A DNA stretch of 64,000 nt from an uncultured Candidatus Saccharibacteria bacterium (GCA_964629675.1 CAZVUG010000009.1:17523-81522), one strand, 5' to 3'. Positions 8,055 to 16,577 are shown, counted from the stretch's first letter. Notes: generated from the sequence alone by a model not told the origin. Made by a program: numbers and translations.

Positions 8055-8675
8055 ATGGAAGTTTCTTTTGAATTTAAACTTTTTTTATACATTATTATTG
8101 TCCTTTCAGCGGTTCTTCATGAATATTTTCATGGATGGATGGCTGATCATTTAGGTGATCCCACTGCCAAATACGCTGGCCGGCTTACTTTAAATCCGCT
8201 AAAGCATATTGATCCAATGGGAACAGTTATTCTCCCTCTTTTGCTGCTGTTTTTCCTGGGTGGATTTATTGGCTGGGCTAAACCAGTTCCTTTCAATCCA
8301 TATAATCTCAAGGATCAAAAATACGGCATAGCCAAAGTAGGCATTGCTGGTCCAGCTGCTAATTTTCTTTTAGCTTTAATATTTGGTTTGCTTTTACGCT
8401 TTTTTTCGGTAGGAGGATTTTTCTACATTAGTCTTACTTGGATTATTTATATCAATATTTTTCTAGGGCTTTTTAATCTTATCCCTATTCCTCCTTTAGA
8501 TGGTTCGAAGTTATTAATGAATTTCTTCCCACGATCTAAGGTAATTCAAGCTTTAGAAAGATCTTACGTTGGTATTTTTATAGCAATTATGCTAGCTATT
8601 ATAATTTTACCTTATCTTTCTTCAATATCTTATTATATCGTCACTGGGAGTCCTTTCCCCGGTCTAGCATTTTAA
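8055..8675 (+). CDS. Site-2 protease family (peptidase M50) membrane metalloprotease
   Basis: HEYFHGWMA (HExxH) and NLIPIPPLDGSK motifs in a multi-TM protein. The ORF track starts at 8019 (TTG); ATG at 8055 is preferred. Confidence 0.75.
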   Translation: MEVSFEFKLFLYIIIVLSAVLHEYFHGWMADHLGDPTAKYAGRLTLNPLKHIDPMGTVILPLLLLFFLGGFIGWAKPVPFNPYNLKDQKYGIAKVGIAGPAANFLLALIFGLLLRFFSVGGFFYISLTWIIYINIFLGLFNLIPIPPLDGSKLLMNFFPRSKVIQALERSYVGIFIAIMLAIIILPYLSSISYYIVTGSPFPGLAF

Positions 8676-8725
8676 TTTAATATCCCTCTTGATTTTTATT
8701 ATCTATTGGGATAGAATCAATAATT

Positions 8726-8914
8726 ATGGCAAGAAGATGCGCCATTTGTGGCAAAAAATCAATGGTATCTGTAATCCGCAAAAAATTGCGGGGTAATTAT
8801 AATCCAACAGGTAAAAGAGTCAAACATCCTAATTTACAATGGGTTTATCTTGAAAGTGGCAAAAGAGTTATGGCTTGCACTAAATGTATTAAGGCAATGT
8901 CTAAAACAAGATAA
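8726..8914 (+). CDS. rpmB: 50S ribosomal protein L28
   Basis: MARRCAICGKK...GKRVKHPNLQWV fits the L28 pattern (MAxxCxxCGK...KRxxxPNLQ). 62 aa. Confidence 0.75.
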   Translation: MARRCAICGKKSMVSVIRKKLRGNYNPTGKRVKHPNLQWVYLESGKRVMACTKCIKAMSKTR

Positions 8915-8924
8915 AAACCCTAGG

Positions 8925-8998
8925 CGGGGTGTGGCCTAGCGGTTTAGGGCGCTCGCATGGGGTGCGAGAGATCGTGGGTTCAAATCCCGCCACCCCGA
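8925..8998 (+). tRNA. tRNA-Pro(GGG)
   Basis: Acceptor cggggtg/caccccg, anticodon loop atggggt (GGG, with G37), T-arm gtgggttcaaatcccgc. Confidence 0.9.
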
Positions 8999-9058
8999 CT
9001 GTAATTTAAGGAAAAGAATAAAATTGCATATTAACATTTAAAGATAAGGGAGGTAAAA

Positions 9059-9280
9059 ATGCCGATATCTTTTGAAGTGTTTTTCTGGGCAATGATTGTT
9101 ATACTAATTTTTGCTGTAATAGCAAGTGTTTATTCTATCTTTAAGGCTTTCCAAAATAAAGATAAGAATAAAATTATTTACTTAATTACGCTTGCTTTTA
9201 CTTGGATCGTCGTTTTTTTAAGTATTTTCTTGACTCTTTCTTTGGTAATTTTTATCTCAGAAGAAACAATTCCTTTCTGA
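9059..9280 (+). CDS. Small two-TM membrane protein, hypothetical
   Basis: Strong SD (aagggaggtaaaaATG), two hydrophobic helices, terminator directly downstream. Confidence 0.5.
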   Translation: MPISFEVFFWAMIVILIFAVIASVYSIFKAFQNKDKNKIIYLITLAFTWIVVFLSIFLTLSLVIFISEETIPF

Positions 9281-9287
9281 GAAAAAA

Positions 9288-9316
9288 GGCAGCTATTTTT
9301 TTAGCTGCCTCTTTTA
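9288..9316 (+). terminator. Rho-independent terminator
   Basis: ggcagct (9288-9294) / agctgcc (9303-9309), then a T-rich tail. Confidence 0.7.
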
Positions 9317-9396
9317 ATTTAAAAATTAATAGGAATACAATAAAAAATGCCTTGCTGGATATTCTTTTGACTATTTTATATCCAACAAGGCAAATC

Positions 9397-9618
9397 TTAA
9401 TGCAAGATCTTAACGCTTTTTATCTTTCCTCCTCCTGTTTTGCCGTTATAACGACATTTAACGTGGTTAATCAATCCGCATTGTGGACACCTAAATCTGA
9501 AGCTGTTATTCTTGAATCTTGTTTTTTTTTCTTCTTTTTCTTTTGTGATTATAAAATTTTTGAGGTTTTCAATATCTATCTCTGTTTGGCAATTCCGGCA
9601 TCTTATCGCATACTTCAT
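9397..9618 (-). CDS. Zinc-ribbon protein, hypothetical
   Basis: CRNC...CPQC (two CxxC pairs), SD aaaaggaggag upstream, and a hairpin (tgccttgctggata/tatccaacaaggca) just downstream at about 9349-9394. Confidence 0.5.
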   Translation of the reverse strand: MKYAIRCRNCQTEIDIENLKNFIITKEKEEKKTRFKNNSFRFRCPQCGLINHVKCRYNGKTGGGKIKSVKILH

Positions 9619-9706
9619 AACTCCTCCTTTTAGTTAAAAATCCATTTCGGCGCTCCGTAATTCCAACCCTTTCTTGTCTTCCGGCATTCTGGGAAACTGT
9701 AAGCTT

Positions 9707-9916
9707 TCACAGATAGAACAGGAGGAATCTTAAAAAATGCCATTTATTCCCTTTGTATTCCCTGCGATAACAATTAGACCGGAAACAAGCTGTTTTCCCT
9801 GCCCAAACTCCAATATAATTAGGAATTTTTGCTGTCAGAGGAATAATGAAATATTTTTTCCCGTCTATTTCCTGACTTCTAACCAACTTCAAAAAAAATT
9901 TTCTAACCATTTCCAC
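9707..9916 (-). CDS. Hypothetical small protein (N-terminus vaguely AbrB/SpoVT-like)
   Basis: ORF-track ORF co-directional with and upstream of the zinc-ribbon gene. VRSQEIDGKKYFIIPLTAKIPNYIGVWAGK loosely resembles a swapped-hairpin motif. Weak. Confidence 0.3.
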   Translation of the reverse strand: MEMVRKFFLKLVRSQEIDGKKYFIIPLTAKIPNYIGVWAGKTACFRSNCYRREYKGNKWHFLRFLLFYL

Positions 9917-9989
9917 CTCCGTTTTAAAATGTCCAAAAAATTAAAAGAACTAATTAATAACTGTTAAAATTTACCTTAATTCCTTTTCT

Positions 9990-10601
9990 TTATTCTTTTA
10001 TTCCGTCTAGATTAACATCATACAAGATGGCTTCTGGAATTAATCGATATTTAACAATCTCATTATCTTTAAACCAAATTTTTATTTCTTTTTTTGCTGC
10101 CCTAACATCTGAAGAAGCATGAATTAAATTTCTGACTGCTCGATCATCAGGGTCAGCTAAAGAATAAGAATCAATAGTCAAATCACCTCGAATAGTACCG
10201 ACATCCGAACTCAATGGCTCGGTTGACCCGGTAATTTTTCTAATAACACCGACCGCTTCGTTGCCCTGCCAAACCATTGCAACAACCGGACCGGAAGAAA
10301 GATATTTTTTCAATCTCTGCAAAACCTTCTGCCCTATTTCTTTAGCATTACGAGAAGGAGGCTCTAAACCTTTTTTTGAATAAGACTCAATTGATTTTTG
10401 GCCAACTGATTCCAGCCAATCTTTTTCTGTTAAATAATGCTTTTCAATTGTTTTTGCGTCAGGAACCAAAAATTTAAGGCCAATCATTTTTAAGCCCGTT
10501 CTTTCATAGCGATGGATAATTTCTCCTATCAAAGAACGTTGAACACCGTCTGGTTTAATTAAAACTAAGGTTTTTTCTTGCGATTTAATATTTTGATTCA
10601 T
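9990..10601 (-). CDS. ndk: Nucleoside diphosphate kinase, long form with internal insertions
   Basis: TLVLIKPDGVQRSLIGEIIHRYERTGLKMIGLKF, GTIRGD and NLIHASSD (catalytic His) motifs. 203 aa versus about 140-150 aa for typical Ndk. Confidence 0.8.
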   Translation of the reverse strand: MNQNIKSQEKTLVLIKPDGVQRSLIGEIIHRYERTGLKMIGLKFLVPDAKTIEKHYLTEKDWLESVGQKSIESYSKKGLEPPSRNAKEIGQKVLQRLKKYLSSGPVVAMVWQGNEAVGVIRKITGSTEPLSSDVGTIRGDLTIDSYSLADPDDRAVRNLIHASSDVRAAKKEIKIWFKDNEIVKYRLIPEAILYDVNLDGIKE

Positions 10602-10763
10602 GTTTGTATTTTATCATAAAAAAAGTTTTTTGCAAAATTATTTATACCTTTGCAGATAAATAAAAAAGGCAGATCATTTTTTGAGCTATTTTTAAAAATA
10701 CATGTACGTAGCTAACTTTAGCAATAAAGAACAAGAAACCGAAAGGTCCAAAGTGCCGAGGAC

Positions 10764-11487
10764 CTAAGCCCGACTACGGCAGGAAGCGGAACCCCACCCG
10801 TCAAACGAGTGGCCGACAATGTTCCAGTGGAGCTCCGGCAAGTCGTCGAGGAGGTAGACATTCGGCACAAAGTAGGCGCGCTCGTAGCGGGAACCTGTGC
10901 AGTCCACGTAGTGCTCGGAGAGCACTTTGGAGTGAACGCACACAGCGATGCCTTCGTCAGCCGTCAGGGCAAGAACGGTTCTGCTCTTTGATGAGCTTCT
11001 CCGCCTTTTTGGGCGAATCGCCGAGCATTTCCTTGCCGTCTTCCACGTCGTATATAAAGTAAGGTCCCTTCGGAGTTTCCACTTTGTCGGTGATCTCTTT
11101 CGGATCGAGGTAGGTGTAACCCACTTCGTCACCGTTGCGGACCATGGGCATGAGTCCGTAGACGCCCATATAGGTTCGCGGGATCACCGGCACGAACGGA
11201 ATGTGTCCTTCAAGGATCTCCATCTCGGCCGTTTTGGACAGCACGGCGTTACGCTGGTTGCCGAACGCTTCCAGAATCGCCTGCGGACAGCCTCTGGATT
11301 TTAACGTCTCCATCTGACTATCGAACAACTTGGCGAATCTGTTCTTGCGTTCTTGAACCGTTTCGACGGTGGCCTGTTATCTTGCCTCCGTCACCACATC
11401 ATCGATCTCTTCCGCTGTCAGCCCCTTAAAAAAGTCTGTTAATCTGGTTACTAGGTCTTCACGTTGATCTTTGTATAACCTTGTCAT
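10764..11487 (-). pseudogene. Decayed high-GC gene of foreign composition (conserved-hypothetical family; in-frame TAA plus a 1-nt frameshift)
   Basis: ATG at 11485-11487 follows an aaggagg SD. An in-frame TAA lies at 11377-11379. The frame continues (ORF 10957..11328), then shifts near 10965-10976. Removing one nt joins ...KLIKEQNRS to ALTADEGIAVCVHSKVLSEHYVDCTGSRYE...WGSASC (ORF 10764..11132). Confidence 0.6.
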
Positions 11488-11638
11488 GATAAACCTCCTT
11501 ATTAAATTATTAATGTTCTATTATATGTATTACAATATATAATAATAGTTAATTGTCAATAATATTAGGTAAATACATTTTAATTATTCTTATTTTTAAT
11601 TACAAATACGTCGTCTATTCTATTGTGGATAAATTGAT

Positions 11639-12505
11639 TTAAAGATCTGAATCTACCTTAAAATTAAATCCATCAGTAGAAATTTTAATATCTTCATTTT
11701 GATCTGTCCGATAAACAACATAATTTTGCAATCTTCCTAAAACTTCTTGGTTAGGATGCCCATAGCGATTATTCCTACCTACTGAAATAACAGCCACTTC
11801 GGGATCAACAGCCCGCAAAAAATCATCAATGCTAGAAGTTTTACTGCCGTGATGAGGAATTTTTAATATATCTGCCTCTAATTTTGTTTCTAAATTATTG
11901 ACAAGATAATTCTCAACTTTTTTTTCAATATCTCCCGAAAAGAGAAAATCTATTTCTTCATAAGCTAATTTACTGACTACGGAAACATTATTTGCCTTTT
12001 TGCTAAAATTCTTTATTAACGATTGTTCTGGCCAAAAAATTTCTAAAGTAACATTATTTGCCAAAATTATTTTCTGTCCAGACTGGGCTAAGCTTAAAGG
12101 AATATTTTTCTCTTGTATTAATTCTTGCCATTTTTGGTAAATAGCCGTATCTTTTTTGAGTCCGCTGGTAATAATATGCCCTATTTCAAAATATTCTAGA
12201 ACACTAACTAATCCAGCAAGATGATCTGCATCAGGATGAGTTAAAATAATTAGGTCGATCTTTCTATCATAAGTAGGCATAACTTCATTTAATTTTTCTA
12301 AAATTGTCTTATCCGGACCTCCGTCAATTAATAATTGTTTATCAGAATCAGTTTCAATAAAAATGGCGTCTCCTTGCCCAACATCAAAGAAATGCACTGT
12401 TAAAATACCATCAGGCAATTGAGAAAAAATAACTGCCCAGATAAAAACAGTTAGGATAAATAAAAATCCTAATGATGAATAAATAATCTTTTTCTTTTTG
12501 AACAT
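11639..12505 (-). CDS. comEC: ComEC C-terminal part: TM helix plus metallo-beta-lactamase domain
   Basis: VHFFDVGQGDAIFIE, THPDADHLAGL and LKIPHHGSKTSS motifs. ORF track 11639..12595; first ATG at 12505. Overlaps the upstream ComEC ORF in another frame. Confidence 0.75.
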   Translation of the reverse strand: MFKKKKIIYSSLGFLFILTVFIWAVIFSQLPDGILTVHFFDVGQGDAIFIETDSDKQLLIDGGPDKTILEKLNEVMPTYDRKIDLIILTHPDADHLAGLVSVLEYFEIGHIITSGLKKDTAIYQKWQELIQEKNIPLSLAQSGQKIILANNVTLEIFWPEQSLIKNFSKKANNVSVVSKLAYEEIDFLFSGDIEKKVENYLVNNLETKLEADILKIPHHGSKTSSIDDFLRAVDPEVAVISVGRNNRYGHPNQEVLGRLQNYVVYRTDQNEDIKISTDGFNFKVDSDL

Positions 12506-13797
12506 TTTAAAATGATTAAAAATAAGAATAGATAATAAATAATAATTGTTAATCCCAAGAAAGGAAACTGGCCGAGAGACTGAGAGGAAGCCCAAGAGAA
12601 AGATGATAGATAATCAATGATTTTAATAACATAAGTTAAAATTAACCAGATTGGCCAAATGATAATTTCAGCTAAATTAAGCCAGAACAAACCGACAAAA
12701 CTGACAATTATACCTAGAATCATTATTATCGGCAAAAGGGGGACAATTAATAAATTAGCCACCGGAGAAATTAAAGAGAACTGCCCAAAATGAAAAACTA
12801 AAAGAGGCAAAACGCCTATTTGCGCAGCTAAAGTCATTGTTAGAATATCTTTTAAGTGAAAAAAATCAGGCCAATTCTTAATTTTTTTATCTAAAATAGG
12901 CTTAAGATAAATAATGCTTAAAGTGGCCATGAAAGAAAGCTGGAAACCAATATCTGATTTAATCAGCATTGGGTCAAAAAGAAGCATCAAGGTAGCCGCT
13001 AGGACTAAGGCTATAATCGGATTTCTTAATCTGCCCAAATTTTGCGCCAACAGGATTAAGCCAGCCATAATGCCAGCACGAACTGCCGAAGCTGGAGCGC
13101 CAATCATTATAATATAAAGGAACATTAAAACAATAACCAAATAAAATGCTTGCTGCCGCCATAAGCCTAAAGCCAAAGCAGTGAACATTAGAATTTGTGT
13201 AACAATTATCATGTGCATCCCTGAGATTGAAACTATATGGCGGGTTCCGCTAATATTTAATTTTTCTTTAAACTGATCTGAGATACTCCATTTATCACCC
13301 AAGAAAACTGCTTTTAAAATATCTGCGTGAGGAGGCAATAAAATTTGGTCAATAACTTTTCTCAGTTCATTTTTAAAATTAAAAACTCTTTGATAAAACC
13401 AATTGCCTTGGTTTCTATTTAAAATATCAATTTGCGGATTGTAGGCAATTGTATAAATTTCTTGCTGGGCTAAATATTGACGGTAATCAAAATCTTCAAA
13501 GACTAAAGGCTGTTTTAATTTTGTTCTTATGCTTAATTGATCTCCATAACGATAATTAGGATAAAGTTCAGTAATGACAAAAATTTTTCCGGGAATATTT
13601 TCAGATTGCAATTCAAAATTTTGTTGATCAATTTCTTGCTTAACTTCACTAGTAATAATTCCTTCTAACTTAATATCTTGATCATAATATTGATCAAACC
13701 CCTTAATTTGAGGGACTTTTATTAAAGAATAAACAAAGGCAGCCAGAATATATAAAAAGCAGGCAATTAGAAGGATTTTAGATTTAGTTAACTTCAA
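12469..13797 (-). CDS. comEC: ComEC/Rec2 N-terminal and competence-channel membrane part
   Basis: N-terminal OB-like region (DUF4131-like), then a polytopic competence domain (GTRHIVSISGMHMII, ASAVRAGIMAG). Confidence 0.75.
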   Translation of the reverse strand: MKLTKSKILLIACFLYILAAFVYSLIKVPQIKGFDQYYDQDIKLEGIITSEVKQEIDQQNFELQSENIPGKIFVITELYPNYRYGDQLSIRTKLKQPLVFEDFDYRQYLAQQEIYTIAYNPQIDILNRNQGNWFYQRVFNFKNELRKVIDQILLPPHADILKAVFLGDKWSISDQFKEKLNISGTRHIVSISGMHMIIVTQILMFTALALGLWRQQAFYLVIVLMFLYIIMIGAPASAVRAGIMAGLILLAQNLGRLRNPIIALVLAATLMLLFDPMLIKSDIGFQLSFMATLSIIYLKPILDKKIKNWPDFFHLKDILTMTLAAQIGVLPLLVFHFGQFSLISPVANLLIVPLLPIIMILGIIVSFVGLFWLNLAEIIIWPIWLILTYVIKIIDYLSSFSWASSQSLGQFPFLGLTIIIYYLFLFLIILKCSKRKRLFIHH

Positions 13798-14300
13798 TAT
13801 TCAATTCCTTCCCTTGCTTTAATATTTTTTCTAAAATAATGTTTAATTTCTTCCATTTCTGTAACTAAATCTGCTTGTTTAATAATTTCTTTTTTAGCTC
13901 CTCGTCCAGTTAAAACTAATTCTGCTTTATCCGGATTAATTCTTATTAAGTCTAATAAATCATCCTTTTTTAATAAACCAAAATCAACAGCTACATTTAT
14001 TTCATCTAAAATAATCAGATCATATTTCTTGCCTTGAATAGATTTTTTGGCAAAATTAAAACCCTGCTTTGCAAGGTTAAAATCTCTTTTGGTCAAATGA
14101 TCTTTTATGACAAAACCCCTTTTACCAAAAGATTTCACGGCAAAATTTTTTATCTTTTTAATTGCTTTAATTTCTGAACTTCTGCCATCTTTTAAAAATT
14201 GAATCAGCAAAACTTTTTTTCCTGCTCCGAGAGAACGCAAGGCTAATCCTAAAGAAGCTGTCGTTTTGCCTTTGCCTTGACCAGTGTAAATTTGAATCAT
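13794..14300 (-). CDS. cobO: ATP:cob(I)alamin adenosyltransferase (CobA/CobO/BtuR family)
   Basis: YTGQGKGKTTASLGLALRSLGAGKKVLLIQFLK and LIILDEINVAVDFGLL motifs. 4-nt overlap with comEC. Confidence 0.75.
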   Translation of the reverse strand: MIQIYTGQGKGKTTASLGLALRSLGAGKKVLLIQFLKDGRSSEIKAIKKIKNFAVKSFGKRGFVIKDHLTKRDFNLAKQGFNFAKKSIQGKKYDLIILDEINVAVDFGLLKKDDLLDLIRINPDKAELVLTGRGAKKEIIKQADLVTEMEEIKHYFRKNIKAREGIEY

Positions 14301-14323
14301 AGGCGATTATGCCAGATATAAGA

Positions 14324-16501
14324 TCAAGCTCCGCAATCTGGACATTTAGTATAATGAGGAGGCAAGGCATTACCTTCCTCTTTTTTAGTGTTAGCAGACA
14401 ATGTTTGTAATACTTCCTTTTCTCGAGAACCACTTCGATAAACTGTAAATGACTTGCTTTTTATTTTCCAAGCCAGCTTTACTATTTTTTCTACATCAAA
14501 ACGAGTTGATTCATTAGGTAAATTAACTGTTTTAGAGATGCTATTATCTGTATGTTTCTGGAAAGCAACTTGCATTTTAACATGATCCGCCGGTGTAATA
14601 TCCATAGCACCGACAAAAACTTTTTTAATCCGCTGCGGAATTTCCTTAATGTCTTGGATGCTTCCCGTCTGATAAATTTTATTAATAATTTTAGGGGAAT
14701 ACAGTCCTTCTTTCTTAAGCTCATCTTCAAGATAATGATTGATATAATGGAATTGCTGGCCTCCCATTATTTGTTGTTTTTTGTAGCTTAAAGCAAAATA
14801 AGGCTCTATTGAAGATGATACCTCGGGGATCATCGAGATTGTCCCTGTTGGCGCAATGCAAGTAACAGCTGCATTTCTAATTTTGAAATTTTTCTTTTTT
14901 GCCCAAATACTTAAATTAATGTTAGGGAAAGATCCTTTTTCACGAGCTAAATCTTGTGAAGTAGCATGAGAGACTTTTTTAATAAACTTCATTACTTTTT
15001 CAGCAACTTCTGTTCCTTCTTTAGAATTGTAAGCTACCTTTAATTGAAAAAGCATGTCAGCAAAACCCATTACCCCTAAGCCAATTCTTCTGTTATTTCG
15101 AAAAACTTTTTCAACTCTTTCTACTGGAAATTTAGTAATATCAACTACATTATCTAGCATGCGGACAGCTGCTTTAGTGACATCTTCAAGCTTACTCCAG
15201 TTAATTTTCCCGTCTTGGACAAAATTAGCTAAATTAATAGAACCTAGATTACAGACATCTCCGTCATGTAAAAATTGCTCTCCACAAGGATTGCTAGCTT
15301 TTATTTCTCCTAATTCTGGCAATGGATTAGTTCGATTAACTTCATCAATGAAAATAATTCCTGGTTCTCCATTAGTCCAAGCAGCTTCAGCAATTTCTCC
15401 CATAATTTCTTTTGGCGTTATTTTTATTTCTTGGATTTGAGAAACATTGCCTTCGGTATCTCTAGTAATTTTTCGCGGAAGAGTTTTTATATTTTTAAAT
15501 CGGCAAACCCAGGGCTCTTCACTTTCTGATATGACTTTTTTAATAAATTCATCCGTTAGAGCTACTGAAATATTAAAATTAGCTAATTCTCCTTCTCTGT
15601 CTTTAATATGAATAAAATCTAAAATATCCGGATGATCAACGCTCATGACAGCCATATTAGCGCCATGCCTGCCTTGCTGTTTTACCACCCCAAATGCTTT
15701 ATCGTATACTTTTAGAAAAGAAATTGGCCCAGAAGCAATTCCCTGTGTTCTTTTGGTAACAAAACCAGCTGGCCTTAAATCAGAAAAGGGGAAACCTAAT
15801 CCTGATCCAGCTTGTTGTAAAAGAGTTGCGTCATGCAAAGTCTTAAAAATCCCATCCATGCTATCTGGAATATGGAGAACAATACAGTTAGAAACAATTG
15901 GCATACCTGTCCCTGCATTCGTTAAAGTCCGTCCAGCAGGCAAGAAATCAAGATTAGACATTATCTCATAAAATTTATCTTGGAATTTTTTAATTTGCCC
16001 GGCTGACTTATTATATTTTTTTTCTACTTGAGCAATTGCCTTAGCGACTCTTTGAAACATTTCTTCTGGACTTTCTAGGATAATATTGCGGGCAACATCT
16101 TTTTGTAGATAACGCCCCGCTAAAATTTTTAAAGAATTTAAAGAAAGAGGCAGATCAGTTTGGTGGCTTGAAAGAATTGCTTCTCTTTCTTCTCTGACTC
16201 TTTGATGCTCTTGACGATAGATAATGTAAGACCTGGCTGAACGAGTAAAGTTAGCTTTCATTAAAGAAATTTCGACAATATCTTGAATTTGCTCTACTAA
16301 TGGGGGAGTTTTTCTTTTAGCAAAAACTTTATTAATATTTTCGACTACCTGGTTAGAAATTTTTTGCGCTGTTTTTAAATTAAATTCGCCTGTTGCTTGA
16401 CCGGCAGCTAAGATAGCTTTAGATATTCTTTCTTGGTCAAAATCAACAATGCGGCCATCTCTTTTTTCTACTTTTTTAACTTTGGTTGTTTTTAAAGACA
16501 T
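14324..16501 (-). CDS. nrdJ: Adenosylcobalamin-dependent (class II) ribonucleotide reductase with ATP-cone
   Basis: ATP-cone (VEKRDGRIVDFDQERISKAI), NPCGEQFL active-site loop, ISKTVNLP and FTVYRSGSRE class II-type motifs, C-terminal CPDCG. Confidence 0.8.
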   Translation of the reverse strand: MSLKTTKVKKVEKRDGRIVDFDQERISKAILAAGQATGEFNLKTAQKISNQVVENINKVFAKRKTPPLVEQIQDIVEISLMKANFTRSARSYIIYRQEHQRVREEREAILSSHQTDLPLSLNSLKILAGRYLQKDVARNIILESPEEMFQRVAKAIAQVEKKYNKSAGQIKKFQDKFYEIMSNLDFLPAGRTLTNAGTGMPIVSNCIVLHIPDSMDGIFKTLHDATLLQQAGSGLGFPFSDLRPAGFVTKRTQGIASGPISFLKVYDKAFGVVKQQGRHGANMAVMSVDHPDILDFIHIKDREGELANFNISVALTDEFIKKVISESEEPWVCRFKNIKTLPRKITRDTEGNVSQIQEIKITPKEIMGEIAEAAWTNGEPGIIFIDEVNRTNPLPELGEIKASNPCGEQFLHDGDVCNLGSINLANFVQDGKINWSKLEDVTKAAVRMLDNVVDITKFPVERVEKVFRNNRRIGLGVMGFADMLFQLKVAYNSKEGTEVAEKVMKFIKKVSHATSQDLAREKGSFPNINLSIWAKKKNFKIRNAAVTCIAPTGTISMIPEVSSSIEPYFALSYKKQQIMGGQQFHYINHYLEDELKKEGLYSPKIINKIYQTGSIQDIKEIPQRIKKVFVGAMDITPADHVKMQVAFQKHTDNSISKTVNLPNESTRFDVEKIVKLAWKIKSKSFTVYRSGSREKEVLQTLSANTKKEEGNALPPHYTKCPDCGA

Positions 16502-16577
16502 AAAAAAATCCCCTTTAATAAAATTAACCCCGCTAACACCAAATCAGAAATTAACGGGGGATTATTTATATTATTAA

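Noticed and set aside
9202-9633. ORF-track ORF 9202..9633 (143 aa)
   Set aside because: It crosses two terminator hairpins and lies antisense to the SD-equipped zinc-ribbon gene. Its translation is low-complexity (poly-F).
10809-11304. Plus-strand ORFs 10809..10991 and 10948..11304 inside the high-GC island
   Set aside because: They are antisense to the coherent minus-strand reading frame, and their translations are low-complexity (Arg/Val/His-rich). Long shadow ORFs are expected in GC-rich DNA, and neither has an SD.
11624-11632. Perfect DnaA-box 9-mer (tgtggataa = TTATCCACA) in the AT-rich spacer next to comEC, suggesting an origin
   Set aside because: Only a single box was seen, with no cluster of boxes and no dnaA/dnaN nearby. 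A rough composition estimate suggests about one chance occurrence per window of this size.
16502-16577. Possible cobalamin riboswitch upstream of nrdJ
   Set aside because: The spacer is only 76 nt, far shorter than a cobalamin riboswitch. Its hairpin (ccccgttaa.../...ttagcgggg followed by T-rich sequence on the minus strand) is best explained as the ftsZ terminator.
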